Origin: Promethearchaeia archaeon
GTDB lineage: Archaea; Asgardarchaeota; Lokiarchaeia; Sigyniarchaeales; SOKP01
Direction of reading: 5' to 3'
Length of the DNA: 32,000 nucleotides
Assembly (NCBI GenBank): GCA_046497275.1
Contig: JAWOFX010000019.1
Location: forward strand, 60,001-92,000
A model generated the notes under the pieces. It was not told the origin of the DNA. It ran no database searches and saw only the letters and a list, made by a program, of their open reading frames with translations. The position numbers were made by a program, and so were the translations under genes. This document shows positions 1-9,330 of this stretch, piece by piece; the stretch's first letter is position 1; the number at the start of each line of letters is the position of its first letter.

Positions 1-185
1 CATTATTAACACTTCATGGTCATATACATGAATCCCCAAAAATGTCAAATAAATGGGTAAATAAAATTGGAAAAACGACTTGTATTCAGCCAGGGCAATC
101 GAATTACTATCAAAAATTCCTTAACTATGTAATTATTAATTTAAAAAAAATGGATTATAAGCTCTATTCAATAGAAAAGGAATAA
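1..185 (+). CDS. 3' end of a calcineurin-like (Icc-related) metallophosphoesterase, truncated by the window start; not in the ORF track
   Basis: The frame starting at base 3 reads LLTLHGHIHESPKMSNKWVNKIGKTTCIQPGQ...EKE* (TAA 183-185). HGHIHE followed by GKTxCIxPG is the C-terminal motif pair of this fold. Confidence 0.7.
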   Translation, partial: LLTLHGHIHESPKMSNKWVNKIGKTTCIQPGQSNYYQKFLNYVIINLKKMDYKLYSIEKE

Positions 186-267
186 TCGGTTTTTTTCTAA
201 AATAAATGAGTAGAATGTACTGAAATAAAATTAGGTTTTTAATTTACGATAATTTATAAAAATTAAG

Positions 268-729
268 ATGGATAAGCACATTTTAGATTATTTTAATGGA
301 AAATTATATCATAAGGAGACCATAAAGAATTGGCAATTACCTCCATTTTTAGAAGAACAATTAGGACTAGATGAATATGAATATTTCTTCCTTACCACAT
401 CAACAGAACAAGAAAAACATGGGAATGATCATATTCACATATCACTTTTTCCAACAAAATATGATCTCGTATATTTATTAGAAGTGGAAACATCAACCAT
501 ACTACCTAAATTACTACATGACTCACTAAATTTAATTAAGCAAGCAGGTAAGGATATTATTACATCAACAGGTTTTTGTAGTAGTGAAAATCTTTGCTAT
601 TTTGGAATCTTTTTTTCATCAAAGAATGTTGAACAATTTGATAATTTATTGGATCAAATCAAGAAATTAGAAAATGTGCATGATGCTTTAGTATTTCAAT
701 ATTCTTGTGAAGGATGTAAACAAATTTAG
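268..729 (+). CDS. Hypothetical protein; C-terminal ACT-like domain and possible AbrB-like N-terminus
   Basis: 153-aa ORF. The C-terminal half shows an ACT-like beta-alpha-beta-beta-alpha-beta pattern (VYLLEVE..LPKLLHDSLNLIKQAGKDIITSTG...FDNLLDQIKKLENVHDALV). The domain call is pattern-based only. Confidence 0.4.
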   Translation: MDKHILDYFNGKLYHKETIKNWQLPPFLEEQLGLDEYEYFFLTTSTEQEKHGNDHIHISLFPTKYDLVYLLEVETSTILPKLLHDSLNLIKQAGKDIITSTGFCSSENLCYFGIFFSSKNVEQFDNLLDQIKKLENVHDALVFQYSCEGCKQI

Positions 730-740
730 AGATTTAAACT

Positions 741-1154
741 CTACCAAAATGCTTTTTTGAATTTTTCAATAGTGCCTTCAAGTGAATCTTCTATCTCTTT
801 CTCAAAACTTTGGAACATTGTAATATCACCTTGCCAACTATCAAGTATATCTGCATAAATCTCAAAGAATTTCTCTGAGATTATCTCAAGTTCTTCAATG
901 ATCTTTTTCTCTTTTACTTTTTTTGCACAATTTCCAATAAAGAGGAAATTGTTTCGTTTCAAGATCCCAAATCTTTTCTGAGATAATTCAAAACTAGTAA
1001 GTCCTTCCTTAGACAGAATCTCCGCAAAAGAATTAAGAGCACTCATAAGCCCTCCAAAAAGCTGTACATCTAATTCTTCATCATATACCCTGTGGAATAA
1101 CACAACTCCACTATTTCTATCTAAAATCCAGATGTCTTGAAGTACTTTTACCAC
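741..1154 (-). CDS. Longin-domain protein (Asgard eukaryotic-signature type)
   Basis: GTG start. IWILDRNSGVVLFHR / LFGGLMSALNSFAEIL / LFI...IIEELEIISEKFFEIY...W.GDITMFQSF matches the longin/sigma-adaptin-like pattern typical of Lokiarchaeota. Confidence 0.8.
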   Translation of the reverse strand: MVKVLQDIWILDRNSGVVLFHRVYDEELDVQLFGGLMSALNSFAEILSKEGLTSFELSQKRFGILKRNNFLFIGNCAKKVKEKKIIEELEIISEKFFEIYADILDSWQGDITMFQSFEKEIEDSLEGTIEKFKKAFW

Positions 1155-1275
1155 TTAAAAACCCTATTTCTTGTTATATTTATTGATAACAATTCTCTCT
1201 ATAAAACACTAAATGAATTCTATTTATTAAATTATGTAAAAAGAATTAGAAAAAAATATATTTATTATAACTTTA

Positions 1276-2037
1276 TTATTTTTCTCGAGAAGGACGAATA
1301 TATCCGGCATAACTTCCTAAAATTCCAACAATTCCAAAAGCCCATGCCGCGAAATAAAATGGAGTGAATCCTGGAGAACCAGTAATGAGCATTATTATCC
1401 TATCCAATAGAAAATTCAAGAATATTAATGAAAAACTAAAAGCCATCACTGCAAGGGAGAGAAATGCGGTTTTATATTCCTTTTCTTGAATTCCTCTATA
1501 TGTTTCAATAGCTCGATACATAAACGGAATATAAACACTTGCCATCAATATGAATACTAATAGAAATGCAATTGCATCCAACAAAGTACTTAATGAATCA
1601 TCACCCGGAATATATATAACCAAAACATAAAAACATGTGATCGCTCCGAAGATCGCTAAAAGAACTCTTTGGGTTTTATTGTATTCTTCTTGAAAAACAT
1701 TGACTTTCAAAATGTAAGAATAAAAGATAGCTATACATACAAAAAATTCACTAATTCTGAATGAATTTATTCTGTAGAAAAAAACTCCCACAATTGTATA
1801 TGCTCCAACCACTTCATCTAATCGCAGAACCACAAATACTTTCGAAAGCCAAGAAAATATGATTGCCAAAAGATATAGAAAAAATATGGTTAATAAATAT
1901 AAAGTTAATTTATTCTTTTTCTCTCTATATCTCATTATTACTAGCACAACCAAAAATAAAGAAATGATTATTACAATTAGTTCATAGATCATTCCTATAA
2001 AATTTAAAAATATTTCATATTCTGAAGTAAAAATCAT
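1276..2037 (-). CDS. Stand-alone membrane protein with about 7 predicted TM helices, function unknown
   Basis: Seven hydrophobic segments of about 20-25 aa with short charged loops (RYREKKNK after TM1). No soluble output domain and no Lys in TM7. Confidence 0.6.
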   Translation of the reverse strand: MIFTSEYEIFLNFIGMIYELIVIIISLFLVVLVIMRYREKKNKLTLYLLTIFFLYLLAIIFSWLSKVFVVLRLDEVVGAYTIVGVFFYRINSFRISEFFVCIAIFYSYILKVNVFQEEYNKTQRVLLAIFGAITCFYVLVIYIPGDDSLSTLLDAIAFLLVFILMASVYIPFMYRAIETYRGIQEKEYKTAFLSLAVMAFSFSLIFLNFLLDRIIMLITGSPGFTPFYFAAWAFGIVGILGSYAGYIRPSREK

Positions 2038-2167
2038 AATATGTTATTAAACTAAATTATTATTTAAAAATCTATAACACGTTCACAATATTTTAATAAA
2101 AATGCTATAAATAATCATTAAAATTCAATGAAAGAATGTATAAGTAATACTATAAGGCTCAAAAATA

Positions 2168-3094
2168 ATGGTAAAATATGACAGAGAAATTTCACTTGCT
2201 GTTGATATAGGACATCAAGCAATTAAAATCACGGAAAATTTAAGACAAAATATATCAAAATATTACCAAAAATTAGATGAAACCCCTGTATCCATTGCAG
2301 ATTTAGCTGCTCAAATTTATATCATTTGGCGAATTAAAACACATTTTCCGTTTGATCAGATAATCGCTGAAGAGGCTAATGTTGAATTATTAGACGAGAT
2401 TGCGATAGAGTTAATTGAAAAAACCTTCGCCTTACTAAATATTAAAGATATTACAGATTTACGAGAAATATTACTCTATAGAGGAAATAATTCTGATAGG
2501 CAATGGACAGTGGATCCAATTGATGGCACGAAGGGTTATCAAACAGGAGGATATTATGCTATTGGGATAGGAATGATGGTTAAATCTATACCTAAAGTTG
2601 CTATGATAGCAATCCCTCCATTAGATCATCACAAAAGTATGATCTTTAAAGCCATTCAAAATGAAGGCGCCTGGAGCTCGCCAGATAGGAAAACATTTAA
2701 AGAAATTAAAGTAGGATCCCAGAATAAGCTTAGTAAATCAAAAATCTGTCATTCTCTGCATTTTGACCTTCCTTTAACAGAAAAATTTATGAAAGAAGCG
2801 GGGATTCAAGATTCTGTTGCAATGGATAGTATGATCAAATTCTGTGAAGTAGCTAAAGGAAATTGTGATATTTATTTCCGTCCTATTAGTAGAGGGATAA
2901 ATGCATGGGATATAGTACCAGGGGATCTTTTAGTAAGAGAAGCGGGTGGAATTGTCACGGATTTTAAAGGAAATTTGCTTAGATACGATGGAAATAAATT
3001 AAAGCTTACAGCCCCTGGATTTATAGCAACCAATAAATATCTGCATCCAAAAATCTTAAATATCTTAAAAGAGAAATTCTATATAGATAAATAA
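2168..3094 (+). CDS. Inositol monophosphatase superfamily; 3'(2'),5'-bisphosphate nucleotidase (HAL2/CysQ-like)
   Basis: Motifs TPVSIADLAAQ, IIAEE, WTVDPIDGTKGY, MDSMIKF and WDIVPGDLLVREAGGIVTD. Confidence 0.85.
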   Translation: MVKYDREISLAVDIGHQAIKITENLRQNISKYYQKLDETPVSIADLAAQIYIIWRIKTHFPFDQIIAEEANVELLDEIAIELIEKTFALLNIKDITDLREILLYRGNNSDRQWTVDPIDGTKGYQTGGYYAIGIGMMVKSIPKVAMIAIPPLDHHKSMIFKAIQNEGAWSSPDRKTFKEIKVGSQNKLSKSKICHSLHFDLPLTEKFMKEAGIQDSVAMDSMIKFCEVAKGNCDIYFRPISRGINAWDIVPGDLLVREAGGIVTDFKGNLLRYDGNKLKLTAPGFIATNKYLHPKILNILKEKFYIDK

Positions 3095-3197
3095 AAGTGA
3101 ATGAGTTTATAAAGGAATTTTATAATTTTATTAATTTAAAATTAATTACACTATAGTCATTATAATTAGAACTTAAAATTTAATAAACTGATAAAAC

Positions 3198-3659
3198 ATG
3201 AAGGATATATTAATCATTCGACAACCTTTTAACAACAAAGAATATAAAGAGATGTATGATCTGAGATGGAAAATATTACGAAAACCTTGGGATCAACCAA
3301 AAGGATCTGAAAAAGATGAAATGGATTCTAAAAGTGATGGAGTATATCCTTTTATTGCATTAATAAACGACCAAATTGTAGGAACTGCCCGATTTCATAG
3401 AGAAAATGAGCATGAAGGGAAAATCAGATATCTTGCTGTGAAAGAAAAATATCGAGGTCAAGGTATTGGGAAGAGCTTGTTAGATCATTTAGAATGGTAT
3501 GCAATCAGCCTAGGAATTGGTTATATCAAATTAAATGCTCGAAAAAATGCCCAAGGATTATTTGAAAAGTTACAATACCACGAAATTGCGGAAGGTCCTA
3601 CTTTATTTAAGGAAATAGTACATTCAGTTATGGGGAAACAGATATTAGATTTAACATAA
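3198..3659 (+). CDS. GNAT N-acetyltransferase (resembles the YiiD N-terminal GNAT domain)
   Basis: Acetyl-CoA motif YRGQGIGKSLL; N-terminal YDLRWKILRKPWDQPKGSEKD; IRYLAV; LNAR. Confidence 0.85.
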   Translation: MKDILIIRQPFNNKEYKEMYDLRWKILRKPWDQPKGSEKDEMDSKSDGVYPFIALINDQIVGTARFHRENEHEGKIRYLAVKEKYRGQGIGKSLLDHLEWYAISLGIGYIKLNARKNAQGLFEKLQYHEIAEGPTLFKEIVHSVMGKQILDLT

Positions 3660-3700
3660 TCTTTCTCTTTTTCCTTTTGTTTATAAAATTACCAAATAGG

Positions 3701-4786
3701 TCAATAAATATAATTCATTAAAGTGGCTTGTTTAATCTTTGAGGTTCTCTCAAAATTAGATAATTTTATCCCAATTAGTCGGATTTTCGCATCTTGTTCA
3801 GTAAATTCGTTATATAAATCTAAAACAATCTCTAAAACTTTACTTTTATCGCAAATTGGGTAAGATATTGATTTAGATCGAGTAAAAGTCTCGAAATCCT
3901 CAAAACGAATTTTTAATGTGATTGTTCGATATGAAATGTTCTCTTTAATTAATTTATCATGAATCTTGTCATTGATTTCCTCTAATTTTTCTAAGATTAA
4001 ATCGAATTGTTTAGTGTTTTGATAAAAGGTTCGTTCTTTACTTATAGACTTTCTCCCATCTCCAAATTCTTTAACTTTTCTCTTATCGAGTCCATTAACG
4101 ACCTTCCATATCCATTTACCATGTTTTCCAAAGATCTTTATTAATTTATGGAGAGGAATTTCCATCAAATCACCAATTGTCCTAATACAATATTTGTAGA
4201 AATGTTTTTTGGTAACCTTACCGACTCCTGGAATTTTTATTATATCCATATCTTTTAAAAATTCCTTAATTCCTTCAGGAGGGACTACACATATTCCATT
4301 TGGTTTATTATAATCTGATGCTATCTTCGCTATGGATTTTGTGGAGGAGCATCCGACCGAGAGTGTTATTCCTATTTTCAGTTCAACGTTCTCTTTAATT
4401 GAGTTCGCTATATTTTTTGCTTCATTAAAATTATTACATTTTTCTGAGATATCTAAGTAAGCCTCATCAATACTAACTTGCTGGAATTTATCTGAGTAAC
4501 TGTTAATAATATTCATTACTTCTTTGGAAACTTGGGCATATTTTTTATGATTTGGACGTAAATATACACCATGAGGACATAATCTGTACGCATGGGAGAT
4601 TGGTAAAGCAGAATGTAAACCATATTCTCTGGCCTCATAGTTGCAGGTTGCGACAACCCCCCTCCCTTCTCCCTCTTTGGGATCCGCTCCGATAATTACT
4701 GGTTTGTTTTTTAATGCAGGATTGTCTCGTACTTCAACCGCTGCAAAAAATGCATCGAGATCTAAATGAAGAATGAATGAATTCAT
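3701..4786 (-). CDS. dinB: DNA polymerase IV (Y family)
   Basis: ILHLDLDAFFAAVE, VVATCNYEAREYG, SIDEAYLD, SVG..TKSIAKIASDYNKPNG, and a little-finger region with KSISKERTF and RLIGIKLS. Confidence 0.95.
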   Translation of the reverse strand: MNSFILHLDLDAFFAAVEVRDNPALKNKPVIIGADPKEGEGRGVVATCNYEAREYGLHSALPISHAYRLCPHGVYLRPNHKKYAQVSKEVMNIINSYSDKFQQVSIDEAYLDISEKCNNFNEAKNIANSIKENVELKIGITLSVGCSSTKSIAKIASDYNKPNGICVVPPEGIKEFLKDMDIIKIPGVGKVTKKHFYKYCIRTIGDLMEIPLHKLIKIFGKHGKWIWKVVNGLDKRKVKEFGDGRKSISKERTFYQNTKQFDLILEKLEEINDKIHDKLIKENISYRTITLKIRFEDFETFTRSKSISYPICDKSKVLEIVLDLYNEFTEQDAKIRLIGIKLSNFERTSKIKQATLMNYIY

Positions 4787-5053
4787 TACTTATAATCCAA
4801 AAGATGCTTTTATTTTATACAATAACGATTAATATGACTATATTAGTATAGAATTTATTAAGAGGGTCTATTAAAAATTTTTAATTTAATGAAATATGTT
4901 AATTGCATTGATTTAAAAAATCTATTTTCATTGAAATTGATAATCAGTTTTCAACAAAAAAGGAGAGCCCACTTTTATTTGAAGAAGATTAATTTTTCAT
5001 TAATCATAATAAATATTATAGGAATTATATTTATTAATATGTGATTTTTAAAA

Positions 5054-5716
5054 ATGTCTAAAGAAGAGGAACTACGCGAAAATGTTGTGAAAGCTGCTAA
5101 AGCAATATTTAATAAAGGATTGGTTGAAGCTGGTGAAGGAAATGTTAGTATACGTAATGGAAGGAAAGAGGAGTTTTTTATCACCCCTTCTTTTAATCAA
5201 TATGACACTCTTGTTAAGGATGAGGTAGTTCATATGAATTTTGAAGGAGAAGCATTGAGTAGCGGTAAGTTACCATCAACTGAAGCTAAAATGCACACTG
5301 CCATCTATAAAGCAAGAAAAAAGGTGGGAGCTGTTATTCATACTCATTCCACTTACGCAACTCTCCTTTCAATTGTCAGAAAAGGTATCCCAATAATAAT
5401 GGAAGAGCAAGTAATATTTTTAGGGGGTTCTATTGACATCTCTCAATTTGGAAAGGCACATACGGATGAAATAGGAGAGGCCGCACTAAATTCTCTCGGT
5501 ATAAAGAATGCTGCTTTACTTGCTAATCATGGTGTTATTGTGTGTGGAAAAAATATAGATCATGTTGTAAAATTTGCAGAATTAGTTGAAAAGTTGGCCA
5601 AAATGTATTGGGGGGCACTGCAAGTAGGGAACCCTTATAATATTCCAGAAGAGAATTATAAACGATTTGAAAAACATTTCAATTCTCTTTTTGCATCTTA
5701 TTCACGTAAAAAATAA
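5054..5716 (+). CDS. fucA: Class II aldolase/adducin family (L-fuculose-1-phosphate aldolase-like)
   Basis: EGNVSIR, ITPS, PSTE..MH..IY, VIHTHS (Zn-binding His) and LLANHG. Substrate not established. Confidence 0.8.
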   Translation: MSKEEELRENVVKAAKAIFNKGLVEAGEGNVSIRNGRKEEFFITPSFNQYDTLVKDEVVHMNFEGEALSSGKLPSTEAKMHTAIYKARKKVGAVIHTHSTYATLLSIVRKGIPIIMEEQVIFLGGSIDISQFGKAHTDEIGEAALNSLGIKNAALLANHGVIVCGKNIDHVVKFAELVEKLAKMYWGALQVGNPYNIPEENYKRFEKHFNSLFASYSRKK

Positions 5717-5817
5717 TCTTAAGATTAAAATATTATACAAAAATAAATTTTTTTATTTCTTTCTTTCCAAAAGAATTGGATAAGATTTTTAATATTCAAA
5801 AAGTATAGTAATTTATA

Positions 5818-6207
5818 ATGCCGATTATCTCTCTTCAAGTTTCAGATGATTTATTGCAAAGATTTGAACATGTTAGAAATCGGAGTGGATTTAACTCAAA
5901 AAGTCAAGCTCTTAGAGAAGCTATCGTTAATTTTATTGAAGAATATGAAAAAGTTGAAGATTTAGAAGGTTATCGAATAATGACTATTAATTTGGTATAT
6001 CCATTTCGAGAAGTAATTATAAATGAGATTGCAGAAGTCTATTCTCAGTATCACCAGATCATTAAAAATGTATCTGATTGGCGGATTGCAGATAAAAAGA
6101 TTGAAATCGTATTAGCTGTAGGAGAATTCGGGCTTATAAGAGACTTACAATATAAATTATCAAATATTAAGGATATAAGCTTCTCTATGCATGAAGTAAT
6201 TATTTAA
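5818..6207 (+). CDS. Ribbon-helix-helix (CopG/NikR-fold) transcriptional regulator with a C-terminal ACT-like domain
   Basis: MPIISLQVSDDLLQRFE...SKSQALREAI is an RHH domain. The C-terminal domain has a NikR-like length and pattern, but the Ni-binding His/Cys residues are absent. Confidence 0.8.
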   Translation: MPIISLQVSDDLLQRFEHVRNRSGFNSKSQALREAIVNFIEEYEKVEDLEGYRIMTINLVYPFREVIINEIAEVYSQYHQIIKNVSDWRIADKKIEIVLAVGEFGLIRDLQYKLSNIKDISFSMHEVII

Positions 6208-6216
6208 TGAATTTAA

Positions 6217-7077
6217 TCAATCAAATCTTAGCGAAAGATCGACCCTCTCTGACGGAAATAATGTTAGATTACTAGTGCTAATTATATCAGGATTGAGTTC
6301 CAAATATTTTCCAATATTTTCTAAAGTTATGCTTCCAGAAACTTCTACGATAAGATTTTTATTTTTTCTCAAATTAGCATTTTCTAATTGTTCTATTGAC
6401 TCTTTAACTTGTTGAGGCGTCATATTATCACACATTATTACATCTGCTCCATTTTGAGCTGCTTCCAATATATCTTTAACATTTTCAATTTCGATTTCGA
6501 TCTTTTTAGAAAAGCTAGCGCGTTTCTTTACATCTTCCAATAATTTTTTAATATCTCCCTTATAAAAACGTAAATGAGTATCCTTTAGTAATATCATATC
6601 GTCTAAAGAATAACGATGTGTATCCCCCCCTCCCAATTCAACCGCTCTTTTTTCGAATATTCTTAGTCCAGGGGTAGTTTTTCTTGTACAAGCTATCTTG
6701 GTCTTTCCACCATATTTTTCACTGATTTCGACAAATTTTTTTGTGGTAGTGGTTATTGAACTCATTAAAGTTAATAGATTGAGTCCTACACGCTCACTAA
6801 GTAAAATATTTCTTGCATTCCCTTCTAATTCAACGATTACTTCTCCTTTTTCAAATGGATCACCATTTTTCTTAAGAATATTAAGTTTTATCTCTAATAT
6901 CTGAAATAGTAGAGAAAGCATTTCTAAACCTGAAATATAACCTTGAGATTTAGCTATTATTTTTGCTTTAATAATTTCCTCTTCTGGAATGAATTCCGAA
7001 GATACATCCTTAAAATGGCAATCTTCCTCTAAAAATTCTCTTAGTTTTTGTTCTACTATCGCTCTATTAAGATTCAT
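6217..7077 (-). CDS. nadC: Nicotinate-nucleotide pyrophosphorylase (quinolinate phosphoribosyltransferase)
   Basis: ERVGLNLL, CTRKTTPGLR.FEK.AV..GGG.THR..L.D..LLKDTH, IEIE, IMCDNM and EVSGSIT. Confidence 0.95.
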   Translation of the reverse strand: MNLNRAIVEQKLREFLEEDCHFKDVSSEFIPEEEIIKAKIIAKSQGYISGLEMLSLLFQILEIKLNILKKNGDPFEKGEVIVELEGNARNILLSERVGLNLLTLMSSITTTTKKFVEISEKYGGKTKIACTRKTTPGLRIFEKRAVELGGGDTHRYSLDDMILLKDTHLRFYKGDIKKLLEDVKKRASFSKKIEIEIENVKDILEAAQNGADVIMCDNMTPQQVKESIEQLENANLRKNKNLIVEVSGSITLENIGKYLELNPDIISTSNLTLFPSERVDLSLRFD

Positions 7078-7138
7078 TATAAGAATTTCCCTGTATAGGT
7101 AGATTAACTTTAAACTAATTATATTATTACTTAGAAAT

Positions 7139-7774
7139 ATGCTTGAGACTAAAAAATTTTTTGTTTCTAATGAGGATTTTAATTTAGAAGCAGAATATTA
7201 TAAATCTATTCAAAAGAGATCAGGAACAGTTTTAATAATACATCCCCATCCTGATTACGGCGGCAATATGAATAACAAGGTAGTATCTGCAATTTTTAGC
7301 AAGATTATGAATGAAGACATCTCTTGCTTACGCTTTAATTTTAGTGGAGTTGGAAAGTCAAGAAAAAAAAAGAATAATAAAAATGACAGAATACCAGAAG
7401 TTCAAGCATGTATCGATTATCTAATAAATGAGCAAAATACTCAGACCATTATTATATGTGGTTATTCTTTTGGAGCAGCTGTGGGATGTGCTGCTGTAAA
7501 TTATTCTGATAAAGTGAAGGGTTTTATCGCAATCTCTTTTCCATGGGATTTTATGGGACAAAAATATAAAAGACTTTCGCAAACAGATAAACCTAAATAT
7601 TTCTTACAAGGAGATCAAGACGATATCGCTGTTTATCAGAATTTTCAAAAACATTATAAAGATTACCAAGAACCGAAAGAATATTTTATAATACACGGAG
7701 CAGATCATTTTTATTGGGGATATGAGGATAATATAGCTAATATAGTCTTGCAAATTTATCAGAAGCTTACATAG
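7139..7774 (+). CDS. Alpha/beta hydrolase (COG2945-like)
   Basis: HPHPDYGGNMNNKVV, RFNFSGVGKS, nucleophile elbow GYSFG, acid QGDQDD and His GADHFY. Confidence 0.9.
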   Translation: MLETKKFFVSNEDFNLEAEYYKSIQKRSGTVLIIHPHPDYGGNMNNKVVSAIFSKIMNEDISCLRFNFSGVGKSRKKKNNKNDRIPEVQACIDYLINEQNTQTIIICGYSFGAAVGCAAVNYSDKVKGFIAISFPWDFMGQKYKRLSQTDKPKYFLQGDQDDIAVYQNFQKHYKDYQEPKEYFIIHGADHFYWGYEDNIANIVLQIYQKLT

Positions 7775-7782
7775 CCCTTACT

Positions 7783-8817
7783 TTAGCTAATTTTTAATAA
7801 AATTTTCCCGAATTGCTCTCCTTTTTCCATATATCTTTCCGCTTCAATAATATCATCTATATTATATATTTTTTCAATTGCTGGAGATATCTGACCATTA
7901 AAAATTACTCTCATAACATCACGAAATTCTTTTTGATTGCTCATTGTTGAGCCTTTTATCTTTAATTGTTTCCAAAAAATATATCGTATATCTATATCTG
8001 ATTTTGGTCCAGTTGTTGCTCCACAAGTAATCAATCTTCCCCCTTTTTTTAATAATCGAATACTTTTTAGAAATGTTTTTTGACCAACACTGTCTATTAC
8101 TATATCAATACCTTTCCTGTTCGTTAGCTCTTTATAAACAAATTTTTCATAGTCTGGATTTTCTTTATAATTTATAACGTAATCAGCTCCTAACTTTTTT
8201 GCTTTTTCTAGTTTTTCTTGACTGCTTGTGGATGTAATCACCTTACAATTAAAAAATTTGGCTATTAGTATAGCTGCGGTTGCCACACCACCTCCCGCTC
8301 CATGAATAAATACAGTTTCATTATGTTTAATTTTTGCTCTTGATACTAGCATACGCCAAGCAGTTAAATATGTTAACGGTACAGCCGCTTTATTTAGGGG
8401 AAAACCTTCTGGGACTTTTAATGCGTTTATTTCTGGTATCTTTACAAATTCCGCAAACGTACCCCATTGATTTTCTCCAAGAATAGAAAATTCCTCACAA
8501 TAGTTTTGCTTTCCTGAAAGACAGAGCTTGCACTTACCACAACTCACACCCGGATTAATGGTGACATTATCACCTATTTGTAAAGTAGTTACTTCTGATC
8601 CAATCTCTTTTATTACTCCACTCGCATCACTTCCTAATATATGGGGCATCTTAAGATCTAATCCTGGGAAACCTTTAACAATAAAAAGATCAATATGATT
8701 TAATGCAGCAAACTTAGTTTGCACTAAAACTTCATTTGGGTTTAAATTAGGTTTAGTTATCTCTCCAATTTTTATATTTTCTAAATCTCCGTGTTTTTCG
8801 ATGAAAACAGCTTTCAT
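7783..8817 (-). CDS. Medium-chain dehydrogenase/reductase; has a structural Zn site and lacks the catalytic Zn motif
   Basis: CGKCKLC...NYC structural Zn site; ILGSDASG replaces GHE; ALNHID; GAGGGVA nucleotide-binding loop; GQFGKILL end. Confidence 0.9.
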   Translation of the reverse strand: MKAVFIEKHGDLENIKIGEITKPNLNPNEVLVQTKFAALNHIDLFIVKGFPGLDLKMPHILGSDASGVIKEIGSEVTTLQIGDNVTINPGVSCGKCKLCLSGKQNYCEEFSILGENQWGTFAEFVKIPEINALKVPEGFPLNKAAVPLTYLTAWRMLVSRAKIKHNETVFIHGAGGGVATAAILIAKFFNCKVITSTSSQEKLEKAKKLGADYVINYKENPDYEKFVYKELTNRKGIDIVIDSVGQKTFLKSIRLLKKGGRLITCGATTGPKSDIDIRYIFWKQLKIKGSTMSNQKEFRDVMRVIFNGQISPAIEKIYNIDDIIEAERYMEKGEQFGKILLKIS

Positions 8818-8922
8818 AGGCTTTAAAATAAGGTTCTCCTAATTAAATCTTCTTATTGTAAAATATTAATAAGAATGTTTATGAAAAATTAAAAAGAGTA
8901 ATGTTGTATGTTTTTAGACTAT

Positions 8923-9321
8923 TTAAATTGATGATAGTTTTCGCAAATCTTCCTTAGCATTATCTACCGCCCATTGAATGAGATCATCATAATATTTTTC
9001 TACTTCTTCCGATTCTGGAGCTCTTCCCAAAATTGCTAATAGAAATTGATTATCTTCTTCAGGCATAGGAATGTTTTGCATAATTATAAGATCATTCTCA
9101 AATTTTATTTTCATACTGGACAAATTTGATAAGTCTAATTCTTCTCTAGCCTTATAAGCAGAATCGCTTAATAAGGAAGACATAGCAGCAACAACTCTTT
9201 CATCTATATCCTCTGCCTTTTGAGAAGCTAAAACCAATCCTGTACCAGTAGAAAATAAAGATGCGCGAAAATTACCATTTGTATTAAGTTCTTTTAAAAC
9301 CATTTCAAGCTTGGATACCAT
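8923..9321 (-). CDS. Roadblock/LC7 (MglB-like) domain protein
   Basis: Helix-SLFSTGTGLVLAS-helix (VVAAMSSLL...AREELDL)-three strands-C-terminal helix pattern. Confidence 0.8.
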   Translation of the reverse strand: MVSKLEMVLKELNTNGNFRASLFSTGTGLVLASQKAEDIDERVVAAMSSLLSDSAYKAREELDLSNLSSMKIKFENDLIIMQNIPMPEEDNQFLLAILGRAPESEEVEKYYDDLIQWAVDNAKEDLRKLSSI

Positions 9322-9330
9322 AGATTACAG

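Noticed and set aside
1276-2037. 7TM protein as a rhodopsin (schizo-, helio- or proteorhodopsin)
   Set aside because: The last helix (GFTPFYFAAWAFGIVGILGSYAGY) has no retinal-binding Lys and no DxxxK or SxxxK motif.
4931-4954. Imperfect inverted repeat TTGAAATTGAT-A-ATCAGTTTTCAA between divergent dinB and fucA
   Set aside because: It needs a mismatch and a bulge, is AT-rich, and I saw no second copy to support an operator.
5714-5727. Perfect 14-bp palindrome TAATCTTAAGATTA upstream of the RHH regulator
   Set aside because: It is AT-rich and overlaps the fucA stop codon. At about 30% GC roughly 5 such palindromes are expected by chance in 32 kb (0.29^7 x 32000).
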